64,000 nt of DNA from the human T2T-CHM13v2.0 reference genome, Homo sapiens. Below, in pieces: positions 34,663 through 52,631 of this stretch. The stretch's first letter is position 1. Every line of letters starts with the position of its first letter. The translations under genes and the position numbers were made by a program. The notes under the pieces were generated by a model. It did not search any database and was not told the DNA's origin. It saw only the letters and a program-made list of their open reading frames with translations. The stretch lies in NCBI RefSeq assembly GCF_009914755.1, contig NC_060939.1. The stretch is one strand, 5' to 3'.

Positions 34663-34827
34663 CATCCTCTAGAGTATTCTGTGTCACATGGTCAGACATC
34701 TGGCTGGCTCCCATTGGCATATATGCTACAATGTAGAAAGTATAATTGCTGGCAGGCTCTAAGTCATCAATAATATAATGAGTTGTGTCATTTCCGATGA
34801 CTACTTGATACTCTTCATTATTTAAAC
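34663..34827 (-). CDS. PRTG: Protogenin exon 9 (C-half of FN3-1), 165 nt
   Basis: TTCTTTAATTTAG acceptor; [55 protein letters not shown] with LxPxxxY tyrosine corner; donor ATG|GTAAGA. Confidence 0.95.
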
Positions 34828-36940
34828 CTAAATTAAAGAATCCATGTTTTAAAATGACAGATATTCAAAATAAAATTAACAAGACCATTTTCCTGCACTG
34901 TGAAACACTGGTCCTTGGGTCTAATCTCAATCTCTTATCTTCTGTGCCCCTTTACAAAATGTGAACAGGAAGGTCTTTATTTTCTAAAAGTAACCATATT
35001 TCACTACAAATTATTAGAGGACATTTTTCCTGAATAAATCAAACTGAAAAGAATTCATCTTCTCTAAACTTCATTTACCATCTAGTCAAAACCCACAGCA
35101 GAGACAATGTACAGTAGTAACATAACAGAGCTTAACACAACAGAATATTGTAATTCATAACAGTGTAAACTTTACTTGCTTCAACTCATGGGGTTTTTTT
35201 TCTTTTAAACATAAATGGAGAGACAGTAGGGAATGTAATGGCTCCACTCTTTAGAAAAACAAACCAAACCAGAAGTTGTCCTGCGAAAGATCTCATTTTG
35301 CCCCTAGAGATTCTATTAAATTTGACTGACATAAGTTGTTCTTTTATTTATAATACTGAGGGCAAAAAAACTGGGAGTCACAGAATGTGCCTCAAAATGC
35401 TTTGTCCCACAGTGAGTTTTTTTTTTTAAGAGAAAAAAATTCTCAGCAACTCTTAATCAAATATGCATGACAAGGTATAGAAGAGGATTTGTCTTTGTAG
35501 GATTTAATTCCTACAGAGCAAACCTGTAAAGTGGAACAAGAGCATTGGCAGCCACTGTGCTTTGCTAACAATTCACAGTAAACGCATGTCAACTTAATCA
35601 AATCTCTCTAAGGACGGAGTCCCTTCTCCCCACACTGGATTTATAAACAAAACAGAAGGCAAATTCCAGTATTAAGTTTTCCCACATTTCTGAATTAACT
35701 TGATAGCATTTTAATTAGACAAGATTACAGGCATTTCACAACAGACTGGCTAATGGCTTGTTAATTAGGAGCTGCATAGTACGATTTCTGACCTACCAAA
35801 CAAGGTCCTTGAGTTCGAATTAAAAAGCCTTGTTCCATTCCTGAATAGACCACTGAGCCTCATGTGGAGGCTCTAATGAAACAACCATAATAGGGAACAA
35901 GAGTGGTCCCCACCAAAACCAGCATTCCTTTTACCTTCATAAATCACTAAAAAGGGAATTAACATACTCCAGCATGCTCAGTTATCAGACTTTCATTCTT
36001 CTTGCTTCCATGACCCCTGATTTACATTCAAAATATTCCTTTTCAAAACCCTACTTCAAAGTACAAAAAACAAATAGCAGCAGCAACAACAAACCACCTG
36101 TTTCTATGGCTAATTTTATTATATCCCCATCCTTAGGTGTTTGAATTTGTTTTTAACGTATATTCCATAAAAGCTAGGCTGTTGAAGTATAGAACTGAAA
36201 TTTCTAAGCCTCTACCATGGTTTCTATGAAAAAGCAAGAGAGAAATTTCTAGGATTTATCAGTAGTTTCTCTTTTTCCTCTAAGACATTTGCTAAAAGTA
36301 AAATATAAGAAAAATTTTTAAATCTCCAAAATAGAACCAATAATTCTGAACAAAAATTGGAAGACACATTTGATTTCTACTTTTATATGATGAGATAGCA
36401 GTAAAGAATGTCCTGTTCAATTTTCAGAGGGTTCTATATGATTTCAGAAAACATTCAAAATATACAAAATACTTAAAATATACAAAATCAAAAATATGGG
36501 GAATTTGACAATGTTTACTTTCTCCCTTAAAAATAATAAATATACATAGTTTATTATTTTACTAAACAGTCAAACCACTGTTCTAATGTAACTACATACA
36601 TAAGTTGGTATATTAAGTCTCAGTTAAGGAATTTATACCTTGTCTGGAATGAAATTCGTAAGTACACCACTTTGTAACTTCTAAGCAGGCAGTGATGCTT
36701 TGCATTAGCTGGTAATTGTTTCTAAACAGAAAAATCTTAAACTATACTTACATATACAAAGTACACAACATGAAATTTAGAAAACAATAGATACATAGGT
36801 GATAGATTATTTTATCAAAGAAGATAAATGCCACCAAATTTCAAAAATATTTTATGGATTATGTAAGGCATTATTCGTACTGAAAACAAATCCTTGATAG
36901 CAAGGAGTACTTAAAAATAAGCACTCCTAAAATCGCTTAC

Positions 36941-37188
36941 CTTCTGCTTTCATGTAGTGTACAGAATAGGCAATGACTTTGTCTGAATTATAAAGTGGCC
37001 TCTCCCAGGCTAAAAGAATGGCTGAGCTTGACATGGTTTCAGCATGTACATTATAGGGAGCACTGGGTCTGTCTTCTGACATCACTACAGTCAGTCTGGC
37101 TCTAGATAAAATAGATCCTTGGCTATTCTCAGCCATGCACTGATAAATAGCATCATCTTCAGGAATAATCTGGTTAATTACCAATTTA
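36941..37188 (-). CDS. PRTG: Protogenin exon 8 (end of Ig4, start of FN3-1), 248 nt
   Basis: TTTTTTTTCTTTCCCTAG acceptor; [83 protein letters not shown]; donor AAG|GTAAGC. Confidence 0.97.
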
Positions 37189-37349
37189 CTAGGGAAAGAA
37201 AAAAAATTATTTCCATGAAAAATTCTAAGAATGAATTCAAAATAAAGTTTAGCTATTGCTAAATATACTCTCATTTTATTTTATTTTAAAATTAAAATTA
37301 AAATCAAGCATTTGTAGAACACTGCAGCAACTATGTGGAATCCTGAAGA

Positions 37350-37688
37350 TTTTTTGGTGTGTTTTTGTTTTTGTCGTTTTCTTTCTGTTGTTGTTGTTTT
37401 AAAGAGACGGGGTCTCACTCTGTAACCCAGGCTGAAGTGCAGTGTCACAATCACAGCTCACTGCGGCCTCAAACTCCTGGGCTCAAATAATCCTCTCGCC
37501 CTCTTGCCTCATCCTCCTGAGTAGCCGGGACTCCAGGCATGTGTAGTTTTTAAACTTTTTGTAATTTTTTGTAGAGACAAGGTCTCACTGTGTTGCCCAG
37601 GTTGGTCTTAAATTCCTAGGCTGAAGTGATCTTCCCACCTTGGTCTCCCAAAGCACTGGGATTACTGGCTAGAGCCACCATGTCTGGC
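37350..37688 (-). mobile_element. AluJ in intron 7
   Basis: Reverse diverged Alu with (GTT)n-like tail. Confidence 0.85.
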
Positions 37689-38429
37689 TTATAGTATCAT
37701 TTTAGATAATAAAAGTTACTGAAAACAAAACAAAACAAAAACTATGTAATCTGTCCTATGAAAAATATTCTACATTAATCACTTAAAATTATTCATTTTT
37801 GAGTCTGCATTAATATTTGTGATATTCAAATGCTCTCTGCTTTAGGTAACAACTTATTTTTTTAAATTTGGCTCATTAAGAATTTATATGACTTGAATAC
37901 CATCTAATTTACAGAATATTATAGTGTGTACATAGAATTCAGGTCAACAAAAATTTTTAAGTTTTGTTCAACACAAATGAGAATGTTACAATAATTTGTA
38001 TTTATGCTAATAAAAATGAATTATTAAAATCATTAACTATAGAGAAATTATTAGAGAATTATTTCTTCTAATTTCCTCATTTTGTGGAAGAAGGAACTAA
38101 GACCCCAAGGAGCTAATATGCTTTCTTGTGGTAACTTAACTCTAGTGGTGGCTTAATAGCACTAGAACCCTGGAGTTTGGGGAACTGTGTAACATGCATT
38201 TTATTACCATCTACCACTTTCATGACCCATGTATAAAATACCAATGAGTATTTAGCATAGCACATGTATGACATGATAATGTTATAAGTCTTAATTTCTT
38301 AGTTTAGTTTCATTTTGTTAATAACTATCAAGATAATTTAGGTATTTGATATTATTATAACCATTTCACATAAAAATTACTAAAGCCATTATATCATATA
38401 TAAAATGGTAGCAAAGTTACACAGCCTAC

Positions 38430-38589
38430 CTGTTGTACATTTTAATTCTACCATTCGAATGTATCTTCCTTCCATTTTTCAACCATGACATCTTGGGAGA
38501 GGGGATTCCTTCTGCCTGACACACAAATCGAGCAGTGCCAGCTCGAGGCCTTGTTAAACTTTCTGGCCATTCAACAAATGAAGGAGGAG
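38430..38589 (-). CDS. PRTG: Protogenin exon 7 (N-half of Ig4), 160 nt
   Basis: TTTTTTTCTTTAAAAATAG acceptor; [53 protein letters not shown]; donor CAG|GTAGGC. Confidence 0.95.
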
Positions 38590-39197
38590 CTATTTTTAAA
38601 GAAAAAAATGAAATATTTCTGTGATCCTAATAGGAATGATGTAAAGGGTCAAGGAAGAAAACAGCAAATGAAACAAGCCCCATTCCTGAAGATGCCTGAC
38701 ATGCTGAGCTCCTGTCTACATCTCCATACATCTCTCCAGGTGCCTTTTCTCGGCATTGCTCAGTGTTCACTTCCTCCATGATTTCCCTATTCAGAGCATC
38801 TATATAGACACACTTAAAATATATGTACCTATCATCCTTCTTAACTAAGAACAATATATAGCCACATGCGAATGCAGTGCAAGTGGCAATAATCAAGAGA
38901 TTAAATTTTTAAATTGGCAAATAGGTACACGGATATGTGTGTAGGTGTGATGGAGATAGAAGGGAAGCCTAAATAAGAAGGAACATAATGGTATGCATGT
39001 AAACAGAATGGTGACCTCAGAATGATTCTACAGTTATATTTTAACATAAATATTTGTTTTTTCCTGAAATTCATCATTTGATTACAATACTTCATATCAA
39101 TGCTACAAAGCTCAAGAAAGAAGTAAGCTATGAATGAGATAAAACGGCAAATGTTAAAATGTAAGATTCCCCTGATTGCAGAATGAAAGGAACATAC

Positions 39198-39356
39198 CTA
39201 ATACAGTTAAAGTTGCCATAGCAACTGTAAAGTTGCGTGTGCCAGGGGTAGTGGCCCGACAAACATATACTCCAGCATGTTGTAGCCTGACATCAGATAT
39301 CATGAGATTACCATTTCCAAGTACCCGAGTATTAAAGACATCAATGGATTTGTGAT
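39198..39356 (-). CDS. PRTG: Protogenin exon 6 (C-half of Ig3), 159 nt
   Basis: TTCTCTTTGAAATAG acceptor; [53 protein letters not shown]; donor TAG|GTATGT. Confidence 0.95.
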
Positions 39357-39596
39357 CTATTTCAAAGAGAATACTTCAGTTTAAACAATGTAACAAATAA
39401 CCTGAAATTATGTCAAAAGACCACTATCCAAGCAATCAATCATGAAAAGTATAAAATTAAGTATAAAATTCTCCATGTTAAGACCTTTTCTCTACTCACT
39501 GAAATGCCAAAAAAATTAAGACATTCAACAGCCAAACCTGTGTTTTTGTATATAAAATAAACATTTTATAAATTTCATTAGAATGAACAAAATTTA

Positions 39597-39806
<210 letters not shown>

Positions 39807-39859
39807 TTATAAATAAGATATAATAAGTGAAATTAGTGAGACATTTATTCTTATCACTC

Positions 39860-40320
39860 ACTTTTCTTTTTTTAAAACAACTTTATTGAGATATAACTCA
39901 CATACCATCCAATTCACCCATCTGAAGTATATAATTCAGTGGTTTTTAGAGTTTTCAGAGTTGTACAACTATTACCACAATTAATTTTAGAACATTTTTA
40001 TCACTCTCCAAAACAATCCCAAACCCATTAGCAGTCACTCCCAATCTCTTCTTCTCTCCACAGCCTAGTAACCACTAATCTACGTTCAGTCTCTCTGGAT
40101 TTGCCTATTCTAGACATTTCATATAAATGGAACCATATATTATGTGGTCTTTTCTGAATGGCTTCTTTTCAGTTAGCATAATGTTTTCAAGGTTCACCCA
40201 TGTTGTTACATGTATAAGTACTTCATTCCTTTATATTGAGCAATATATATCATTGTATAGATAGAACACATTTTATTTATCCATTCATCAGTTGATGGAC
40301 ATTCAGGTTATTTTCCGTAT
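39860..40320 (-). mobile_element. L1MB 3' end in intron 4
   Basis: aactttattgagatataactcacatacc...gttgatggacattcaggtt. Confidence 0.85.
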
Positions 40321-41000
40321 CATTACTTTTAATTGAGGTTCAAACATTCATTTATTTATATAATTATCTAAAATTTATTTAATTTACCTAAAATTAAAGC
40401 ATAGCATTAAATACATAACTTCAGCCTCTTAATGTTTTTCTAAATTTCTTCTTTTTTCAGCCTTAAAGGATATGTTAGAAACCAGTATCTCTTGTGAAGA
40501 ATAAACATTTATGTGAAGTTCAACAATGTCTTCAGTCCAGGTTTTCTTCTACTACATTTAAACAAACTTAACCTTTGAAATAAAAACTATCATCTATTGC
40601 ATTTTAATGAAATATCTATTTCTTTATATGCATCTCTCTAGTTTCCCTTCTACCTATATTAATGTATGGCAAAATATATAAAATTGTGCTCGCTTAATAT
40701 TAACAATGATAATTTTTGCATTAAGATTGAGGATATTTTTTAACTTTTATTTTTGTGTTTTTAAAAATTGTTTAATATAGAAGCTTTATATTTTCTATTT
40801 TCATAAACATTGCTTTTTATAAAATGCATGTATCATTTTTACAAATGCAAATCGTGGTATTTCTTTAAACGACAAGCAAAAGAATACGACTAGAAACAAG
40901 CATATCTTTTTCCACAACAGACAATTCTGGTAGAAACGGATGACTGTTATTCTCTTTTTTGTGCTTTCTGTATTTTACACTTTTAAAAACGAAAGTGAAA

Positions 41001-41280
41001 TATAGCCAGCCCTCAGTATCTGTGGGTTGCACATCTGTAAATTCAACCAACTGCCTGTTGAAAATATTTTTTTAAAAAATAAAAATACACAAATTTTAAA
41101 ATATAGTATAACAATGATTTACATAGAATTTACATTGTTAGGTATTATAAGTAATCTAGAGATGATTTAAAGTATACAGGAGAGTGTGCATAGGTGAATG
41201 AAAATAACATGCCATTTTCTATGAGAGACCTGAGCATCAGTGAATTTTGGCATTGAATAGAATACCAAAGACTGAATATT
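41001..41280. mobile_element. Tigger3a-like TcMar MITE
   Basis: ccctcagtatctgtgggttgcacatctgtaaattcaaccaac...ggtattataagtaatctagagatgatttaaagtatac. Confidence 0.75.
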
Positions 41281-41507
41281 TGTTAATCTTTCTTAAGACT
41301 GAATATTTCTTAAAGACATTGACATAACATAGAAAACTGGCCTATGAAAGAAGAGTTGCTTAATAACTAAAAATGACCATTTTCCAAATAGATTATAATA
41401 ATTTAAATGAAATTCTACTTTATGGCACATTATTACAGCAGAGGAGAAGAAGTAACAACTGCGCCAATAAAACGTCATAAAAATGGAAAAACCACTCTGC
41501 GTGGTAC

Positions 41508-42018
<511 letters not shown>

Positions 42019-42942
42019 TAGACTACATATTTTATTTAACATATTCTGTGATAGGAATACACTCAACCTTTTTACAGTGCTACAAGCAATACTTTAAAGA
42101 CCTTTTAAAATATTAGCTTGATTCTATTGTTTTCATTTGGGTCACTAAAGCTCTCTAAAACATAAACAATCCAGCATGATATGGTTTGTGCAATCTATCA
42201 GTCGAATTTTACAGAGTCTCATTTGACATTCTAGCATAGATTTAGTTAACTGGTGGCCTAGAGTTTAGTATAATTTTTTTCAAATTCCTGATTTTTTACC
42301 TATTAATATCCATATATTGTCCAAGACATATGTAGATATGCTTTTTTTTTTTAAATAAAGCACTTCCATGAATAACTTATTCCATCTTAGTGCTTTACCA
42401 TGTTAGCAAATGTCTGCCAACTCAGGAGCAGGGCAGGAATCAAACTTTTTGGAGTTGCTATCAAGTTCTTGATTTTTCAATCCCAACCGCCCGCAGAACA
42501 CTAGATGTGTGCATGTGTGCTTGTGTGTGCATTTGTAGTAAAGAGGGGGTTGAGAAGTGGAAGGCAGAGACAGGAGTGGGCAGCTACCAGGGCATACATG
42601 AAAGACCCTTACACCAACACTGCCCTTCCCAGCAATGAGAGTGTAATCTGGTTTCCTAAAACCCTGGGCTGCAGTCCAGATAGTCATGGTTAGAACAGAT
42701 GGTTGAGGAAAGGATCAAGGCAGTAGGATAATCTATTTAAATTCTGATCTAAACCAGGAACCATGCCCCATGTGCCAGAGACTGATGATCTAATTCTTTG
42801 GCTAAGTTTGAAATGTCTTAAGCAATCAGTTATTACTGCCCTAAATAAAAATGAGGCCTATAATGGTGTTTCTCCCTATATAATCTCATATGAAGTCTTC
42901 ATTACTCCCATATCATCTCCAAAGACAAAAATCTACATCTAC

Positions 42943-43087
42943 CTGTCCATAGTCATAGGTAGAGTTGTCCGATTGAACTCCCATGTTATGACTGCAGGAG
43001 GGTGGGATGAAATCTTGCATGCAAATCGAGCAACTCCACCTTCGTGGACCTCAGTGGAAATTGGCTGGACTTCAAATGCAGAAATAG
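42943..43087 (-). CDS. PRTG: Protogenin exon 3 (N-half of Ig2), 145 nt
   Basis: TTTATCTTATAG acceptor; [48 protein letters not shown](R) with Ig B-strand Cys and C-strand Trp; donor CAG|GTAGAT; phase 1 in, phase 2 out. Confidence 0.96.
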
Positions 43088-44679
43088 CTATAAGATAAAG
43101 TTTGAGAAATTCAGAATAAGTGCATGAAAATAACACTTAGAAGTAACATTACACTAGATATTACTTATTGGACTTGAACCCTTGCTTGGATATAAGACCA
43201 ACCTAACTTAACCAGCATGAAGATAATTTAGTGAATAATTTTGGAGAAAACACTGGGCAGTTGCCCAATTTACGAAGTCTGGTCTTTCCCAGAATTAAAT
43301 TCTAAATAGGTTCGCAAGAAATTTATCTATTTGGAGATAAAAAGTTAACATATGAAACAAAAATAAACAATGGTATATAATTACATACTAAACTGTGTGG
43401 TACAAACTTCAAATACTATTGTATATCAGAGGAGAGGGAAACAAATAAATTCAAACTAATCAGGTAAAAACCATTTACAGGAACTGGTTTTGAATTAGCT
43501 TTTGAAGAATCCACTGGATTTAGATGGGGGTGGTGGTGGTGGGAAAGCACAGAACATTTCAAGTGAAAAGAATAACATGAAGACAAGCACAGAGGTAAGA
43601 AATGCAAAGCTTGCATTCATAGGATTGTGAGGAAACAGCCAGAACTACTGCAAAATATTTCAGATCAAGACTTTATGGGAAAGCTGAAGAAGAATACAGA
43701 TAAAACAAATTAAGGCATCAATTAAGATTTCTGAGCAAAGGCATGTCCTGATATTAGCAATGTGTGGGAAAAACTAATCAGGATGGATAGAATAAAGGAG
43801 TCTCAAGTCAAAAGTCCAATAGGCTATTAAATAGGGATTACAGAACTGGGTGGTGGCAGTGGGAATGGGGAGAGTCTAGCGATATCTTAAAGAAAACAAA
43901 GACTTGGTTCTTATGCCACAGACATATCACTCTATCTGGAATCAGATGAAGCTGGTAATGAAGGAACAGGATGAGAAAGGAAAGAGAGAAGCCCAAGGGT
44001 GCATCTCAAACAAAAGGTAGAGAAACTCAAGAGACGATTTTTAGGCTCATCTATTTCCAAAGCAGAGATCAATCTTGAAGGGTTGGTATTTTCTAGAGAT
44101 AATTATTCTTTGCAATTCTAGGCAGGCCTCCAGGAAGTGGTCTTCAGTGTCCATGATCACATTTTGAGGGAGTGTAAATTCCAGGTTTCCCTTCCTTCTA
44201 CTAAGTCTTCCAAGATACAAAGAAAGGTCCACTACTATAGTCTTCCTCCTCCCCTCCCCAGATTCCAGTTCAAAGAAAAATTTGTTTGAACTTTATTATT
44301 TATAAATAAAATGAGAAGTTATGAAGAAGAATAGAGGTAATAGGGCTACATGAACTTATGCTTCATTAGGCTGAAAAGGGTAAAAGGTCATAGAAGGCTA
44401 ACAAATTCTGCCTTGCACTTGAACTCATTTATCTGTAGATAGATCACAGGCCTTTACAAGCACAGGACAAGGCCAGCAAATAATGGTGAAAATATTCTTA
44501 GGAGGATGGACTTCCCAAAAGGGTGGAGTGGGGGTGAAATAATCCCTTATTTGTGTATGAAACATAAATCTGTTTCAAACTGCTATTGTTGGTGGATCCT
44601 CAAAGTCAGAATCATTTGCATAATAACTTTCACTCTCTTGTCTTGAATATACGGTGTTTTCCAGGAGTTATGTAATGCA

Positions 44680-44980
44680 TGGTATTACAACAGACCAAAA
44701 GTTGAGGCAGACACATATGAGAACCCAGCTGTCTTCTATTAAGCTAACTAAAGAGATATGCACAAATGTAAAGCAATTCTGCTCCTCTGGCTAATTTTTT
44801 CCTCTGGAAAATAGTTATATTAATATGTGATGCATAAATGTTTTCATTCTAAAATGAATTAATGAATATTTTTCTCAGTTTTAATTTCTAATAGTGTCAA
44901 TAGATGTAAGCTACATAAATAAAAGTTATTTGAGTTTTAAGAGTATAAAGAGTGAGACTCTTCAGTTGGAGAACCACTCT
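44680..44980 (+). mobile_element. hAT-Charlie1-like 3' end
   Basis: cagctgtcttctattaagc...aaagagatatgcacaaatgtaaa...agttggagaaccact. Confidence 0.7.
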
Positions 44981-45639
44981 TAGAATATCAAACTCTAAAA
45001 ATCGATATCATGAATCTATGTTGCTGATCAATTAATTAGTCCCTGTAAAACTCAAGCCCCATATTCAACCACTTACAATGGTGTTTCACTAACATTGAGC
45101 TACTTTTCATTGCTTCTGTACACTTGCTAGGATGTTTATCTGCAAACATTTTAATTTTGGATCTAAACCTATGGACCATCCCCTGCTGTTTATCTACTAA
45201 AGAATTAGGAAACAGATGGCTAGATTCACCTTTAAAATATCAGCTTCACATTCAGGCAGAACAACCTGATTTCTCAATAATCAGGTAAGTTTGTCTTTTT
45301 ATAATTAACTTAAACTATGTTGAATACATTTATCTTGGGGGGAATTAGGACCTACATTTCCGTAAATATAATGCTTGCTTTATGAAATATAAAGCACTCT
45401 TGTCAATCCCATATTCACCTTTTCCATGTGTGAGGGGTGACCATTAGTTCTAGTTGTCACTGATAATCCAGTCCATATTCAATTGACAGACTTCAAAATG
45501 GGAATTTTACTTTATTATTTCTCAGACTCTACCTCTCCAGACTGAAATATCTTACTTAGTTTAAATTTTTTTTACAGAACAGAAGCTCCCCCAGCCTGTC
45601 CACTTTAACAATTTCTTCTTCCACGACCCCACAATGAAT

Positions 45640-46270
45640 TAAGTATTCAATTCAAGATGTTTTATCTCATTTATTCCTCTCTCATATCTGACTTCTCTTC
45701 ATCCCTAACAGTCCTCTGTTCAATTCAGGCCCTTATCATATCCTGTCTAGATGTCTTTCTGGAGCCTCTTAGCTGGTATCTCCCCTGCCAGCAACATCAC
45801 CCTCAGTGATCATCATAAACCATGAATCTGTGTTGCTGCTGAATTAATTATTCCCTGTAAAACTCTAGCCTTATATTCAACCACTTACAATGATGTTTCA
45901 CTAACACTGAGCTACTTATAATTCACGAAATACACCATGGTATTTCACACCTCTAAGGTTTATGTGAACATTTCCTTCTCTTGCTAATAACATTGGTCCC
46001 TTTGTCCACCTGATGAAATCCTGTCATTCTTTAAAGCCTGGTTCACTTATCCCATCCTTTGGGAAGTGGTTTCCGACCCTTTTCTCTGCTACCTCTGTAC
46101 ACTGCAGACCTTCACTGCTGCCTTTATTTCACATTATAATCACTTATTTACAAGTCTTCCTCCGCTTCTACATTATAAGCTCACTGAGGGGCAGCAGCAG
46201 GTCATGTTCTTTGCAGGATACTGCAAGACAGTAAACGGTGCAGATTTGGCACTAAAAAAAATATACTTTC
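45640..46270 (+). mobile_element. L2 fragment
   Basis: caggcccttatcatatcctgtctaga...ataagctcactgaggggcag. Confidence 0.6.
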
Positions 46271-47059
46271 TGAATTGAACTAGTATTTTGAATTTTCTCC
46301 AATTCTATTAGGTCTTTAAGCACAATAACTAGAATTGTAAGGAGTTTCTTGGGTACAAATACCAAGACGGGGTGAGAAGAAAATAGTGCTTTTTATTATT
46401 TTTTTGTTTGCTACAATTCCAAACAATGCCCAATATTTTACTGGCATTTTTTTTAGAGACAAAAATCTATCCCTCCCATACCAAAGGATTTTTATAAAGA
46501 TTAAACAAGCCAATAGAGTGAAAACTTCTTATAAATGTGATTATTGAGAATAAAAATGATCACTCTGCTGCCTTGAGTTACTTCCTGCCAGCCACATAGG
46601 CAACTGAGTGTTGTTTTTTCACTCTGAATCTAACCAATCAAACAATATGCCTGGGCACCACTGCCTTTTCTTTGAGCAGTTCCCCTTTTTTCTCAAATGG
46701 ATAAATCTATGAAATCCCTAAGATTTTTTTATTATAACAATTGAGCTAACCTTGTACTTTAGGCCTAATGGGCTGGAACTCTGGAGTCATAAAATTCTGA
46801 AAACTGAAACATAAATAGGTTTACCCTTGAAAACTCTGGTTTTCAGAAAGGTTTGAACCCAAGTATAAAGGTACACATTTTTTAATCCTCACAAACACCT
46901 TTATATTTAAAATATCTAACTTTTTGATATCTTTTGAAAATTCAATCCACTGGCAAAATAGTTTCGTGGAGAAAATACCAAGCCAGATACTGCTTAGGAC
47001 TTTCATCGGTTACCTCTGAGACTGAAAGAAAGAGGCAACCATGAATCAACAATGAAAGT

Positions 47060-48330
<1,271 letters not shown>

Positions 48331-48642
48331 AAGCAGCTTTCATCTATCCATTCAAAGGCTTCTATAGGTTAATCCACTACTTCTAAAACCAACAAGGAAA
48401 TAATCTCACAAAAATGTGATTCTAATTGTAAATGCTGTCAAAAAGCATCATGTCTCAGCATCCATCCTTCTAAATATTTAAACTGCTTAGCCTAATTACT
48501 AGAAAAAAATGAATGCATATCTCCTTGCCATAGCAAAAGAAAAAAAATCTTCCTTTATGCCAAATACATATTTTAACTCTTTTTAGCTGGGTGTAGTCCC
48601 AACAAACAGACTTGTTAGTGAGCGTTTGCAAAAAAAAGAAAA

Positions 48643-48803
48643 AGGGGAGGGAGTCTGGGGGAGGGATAGCATTAGGAGAAATACCTAATGTAAATTATGA
48701 GTTGATGGGTGCAGCAAAACCAACATAGGCACATGTATACCTATGTAACAAACCTACACGTTGTGCACATGTACCCTAGAACTTAAATTAAAAAAAAAAA
48801 AAA
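48643..48803 (+). mobile_element. 5'-truncated L1PA 3' end
   Basis: gggagggatagcattaggagaaatacctaatgta...cacatgtaccctagaacttaaa plus A tail. Confidence 0.92.
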
Positions 48804-49105
<302 letters not shown>

Positions 49106-49659
49106 TTAGGCATCAATTATTTCAAAACCAAACTGTTTTTATGGCAACATGCGATAGTATTTAAACAACCAATCTTAAATAGTTATATGAAAACAATATC
49201 TCTGCTATTAAAGATATACAGTATAACTGACACGAAGGAGTTAATTTCCATGAATCACATATTAATATTGATCCCATTGTTCTTACAATAAGACCATTCA
49301 TTTAGTTTGTGGTTAACCATGCTGATAGGCTCTGAGTCATAAAATTCTTGATAAAATAATGGACCAGATTTTCTCCCCAATTTTGAAAACAATTTTAATC
49401 ACTTTTAGGAAACTTTTAAAGTAATCTCTTCTAAATTTATTAATTCATTCAATGAATATGCATTCAGTGTCTAGTATATGCTAGGCGCCAAGGATCTAAT
49501 GAGGAACAAAACTAACAGAGGTTTTATTCTCAGGGATCTTTGTTAATGGTGGAGAAAAGCATTTAATTAAATTACTATCCAAGTGTAATAAATTCAAACT
49601 GTGATAAATGCTATGAAGAAAAAGGACAGAGCACCCCCAAAAGCTGAGCATTGCAAAAG

Positions 49660-49875
49660 TACAGAGAATCCCAAATTCAAAAATCCAAAATGCTCCAAAT
49701 CTGGAACTTTTTTAGCACTGACATGATGCTCAAAGGAAATACTCATTGGAACATTTCAGCCTTTTGGATTTGGGATGCTCAACCGGCGTAATGCAAATAT
49801 TACAAAATTTAAAAAAAAATGTGAAATCTGAAACACTTCTCGTTCCAAGCATTTCAGATAAGGAATAATCAACCC
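49660..49875. mobile_element. Tigger4a/MER46-like MITE
   Basis: aatgctccaaa...gacatgatgctcaaaggaaat...ccaagcatttcagataagg. Confidence 0.8.
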
Positions 49876-50183
49876 AAATTATAAAAGCAAATAACAGAGG
49901 TTTGAAGCAATTTAATAAAGACAGAAATAACAATAGCTTAACATTTATTGCCAGTGCTGCATTGAGCACATTACATATTCCAGCTTATTTAGTTCTCAAA
50001 ACTATTACTCACCCAATTTTCAGTTAAGGAAACTGGACAGGGAAATTAAGCAACTTGCCCAAAGTTTGCAGCTAGTAAGTGGTGATACTGGGATCTGAAT
50101 CCAGGTAGTCAACTTCCAAGACCCTTATGAGTAAAATTTGAGTTCCCCAAACTTTCTGTAGAAGATACAAATTACAGGTTCTA

Positions 50184-51245
<1,062 letters not shown>

Positions 51246-51952
51246 TTATACTACCTCAAGCTAAAATTTAGTAGTCAAATATTTTTTAAAAAACAAATCT
51301 CTTTTTTAAAAACAGTTTACCTAATAGGAATATCAGTTTTTCCTTTGTTGTTATTTTCCTGGTTCTAAGCCCACAAACATGTTGACCATCAAAAAGCCCA
51401 GTACTTAGAGGGAGAGAGTTTAGAGGTAGGGAGACTAACTAGTTAAGAGACTATCAGAACAGCAGAAGAGAGATCTGCTATGGGTTTTAATGATGGCAGA
51501 AGTAACAGGAACAAAGAGAGGGCGCACAAAAGAGACACTGTACACCAAACATCATTTGGCTCAGCGGTATTCAGGGGAGACCGAGGAAAGGATCCATATA
51601 GTTCTGAGGTTTCTGGCCTGTAAAGGTTGGGGGATACAATGTTGCCTGAATCAGAACATAGGAAGAGAGATCAGATGGTCTGCTGAATAACCATTCCAAA
51701 CTCTCATTTGATCAGAATGAGAAGACACTGGACATGTTAAGGCAAACTGGGAAACTGTAAAATTGGCCATGGACTAATAACAGAAACAACTTAAAATATA
51801 TATTCATCTTGATTTAAGTGTTTTTTTTTTAATTTTTGATTTACAGCTGTTCTACAATGATAAGTCTTGATTTTTTCACTAATGGCTCATACGTAAGGCT
51901 ATCATTAAGATTTACAGAAAGACATCTTTGAGATTCTGTAACAGCAGCCTAA

Positions 51953-52307
<355 letters not shown>

Positions 52308-52332
52308 AAGGATATTTTTTTAAAAGACTAAG

Positions 52333-52631
<299 letters not shown>

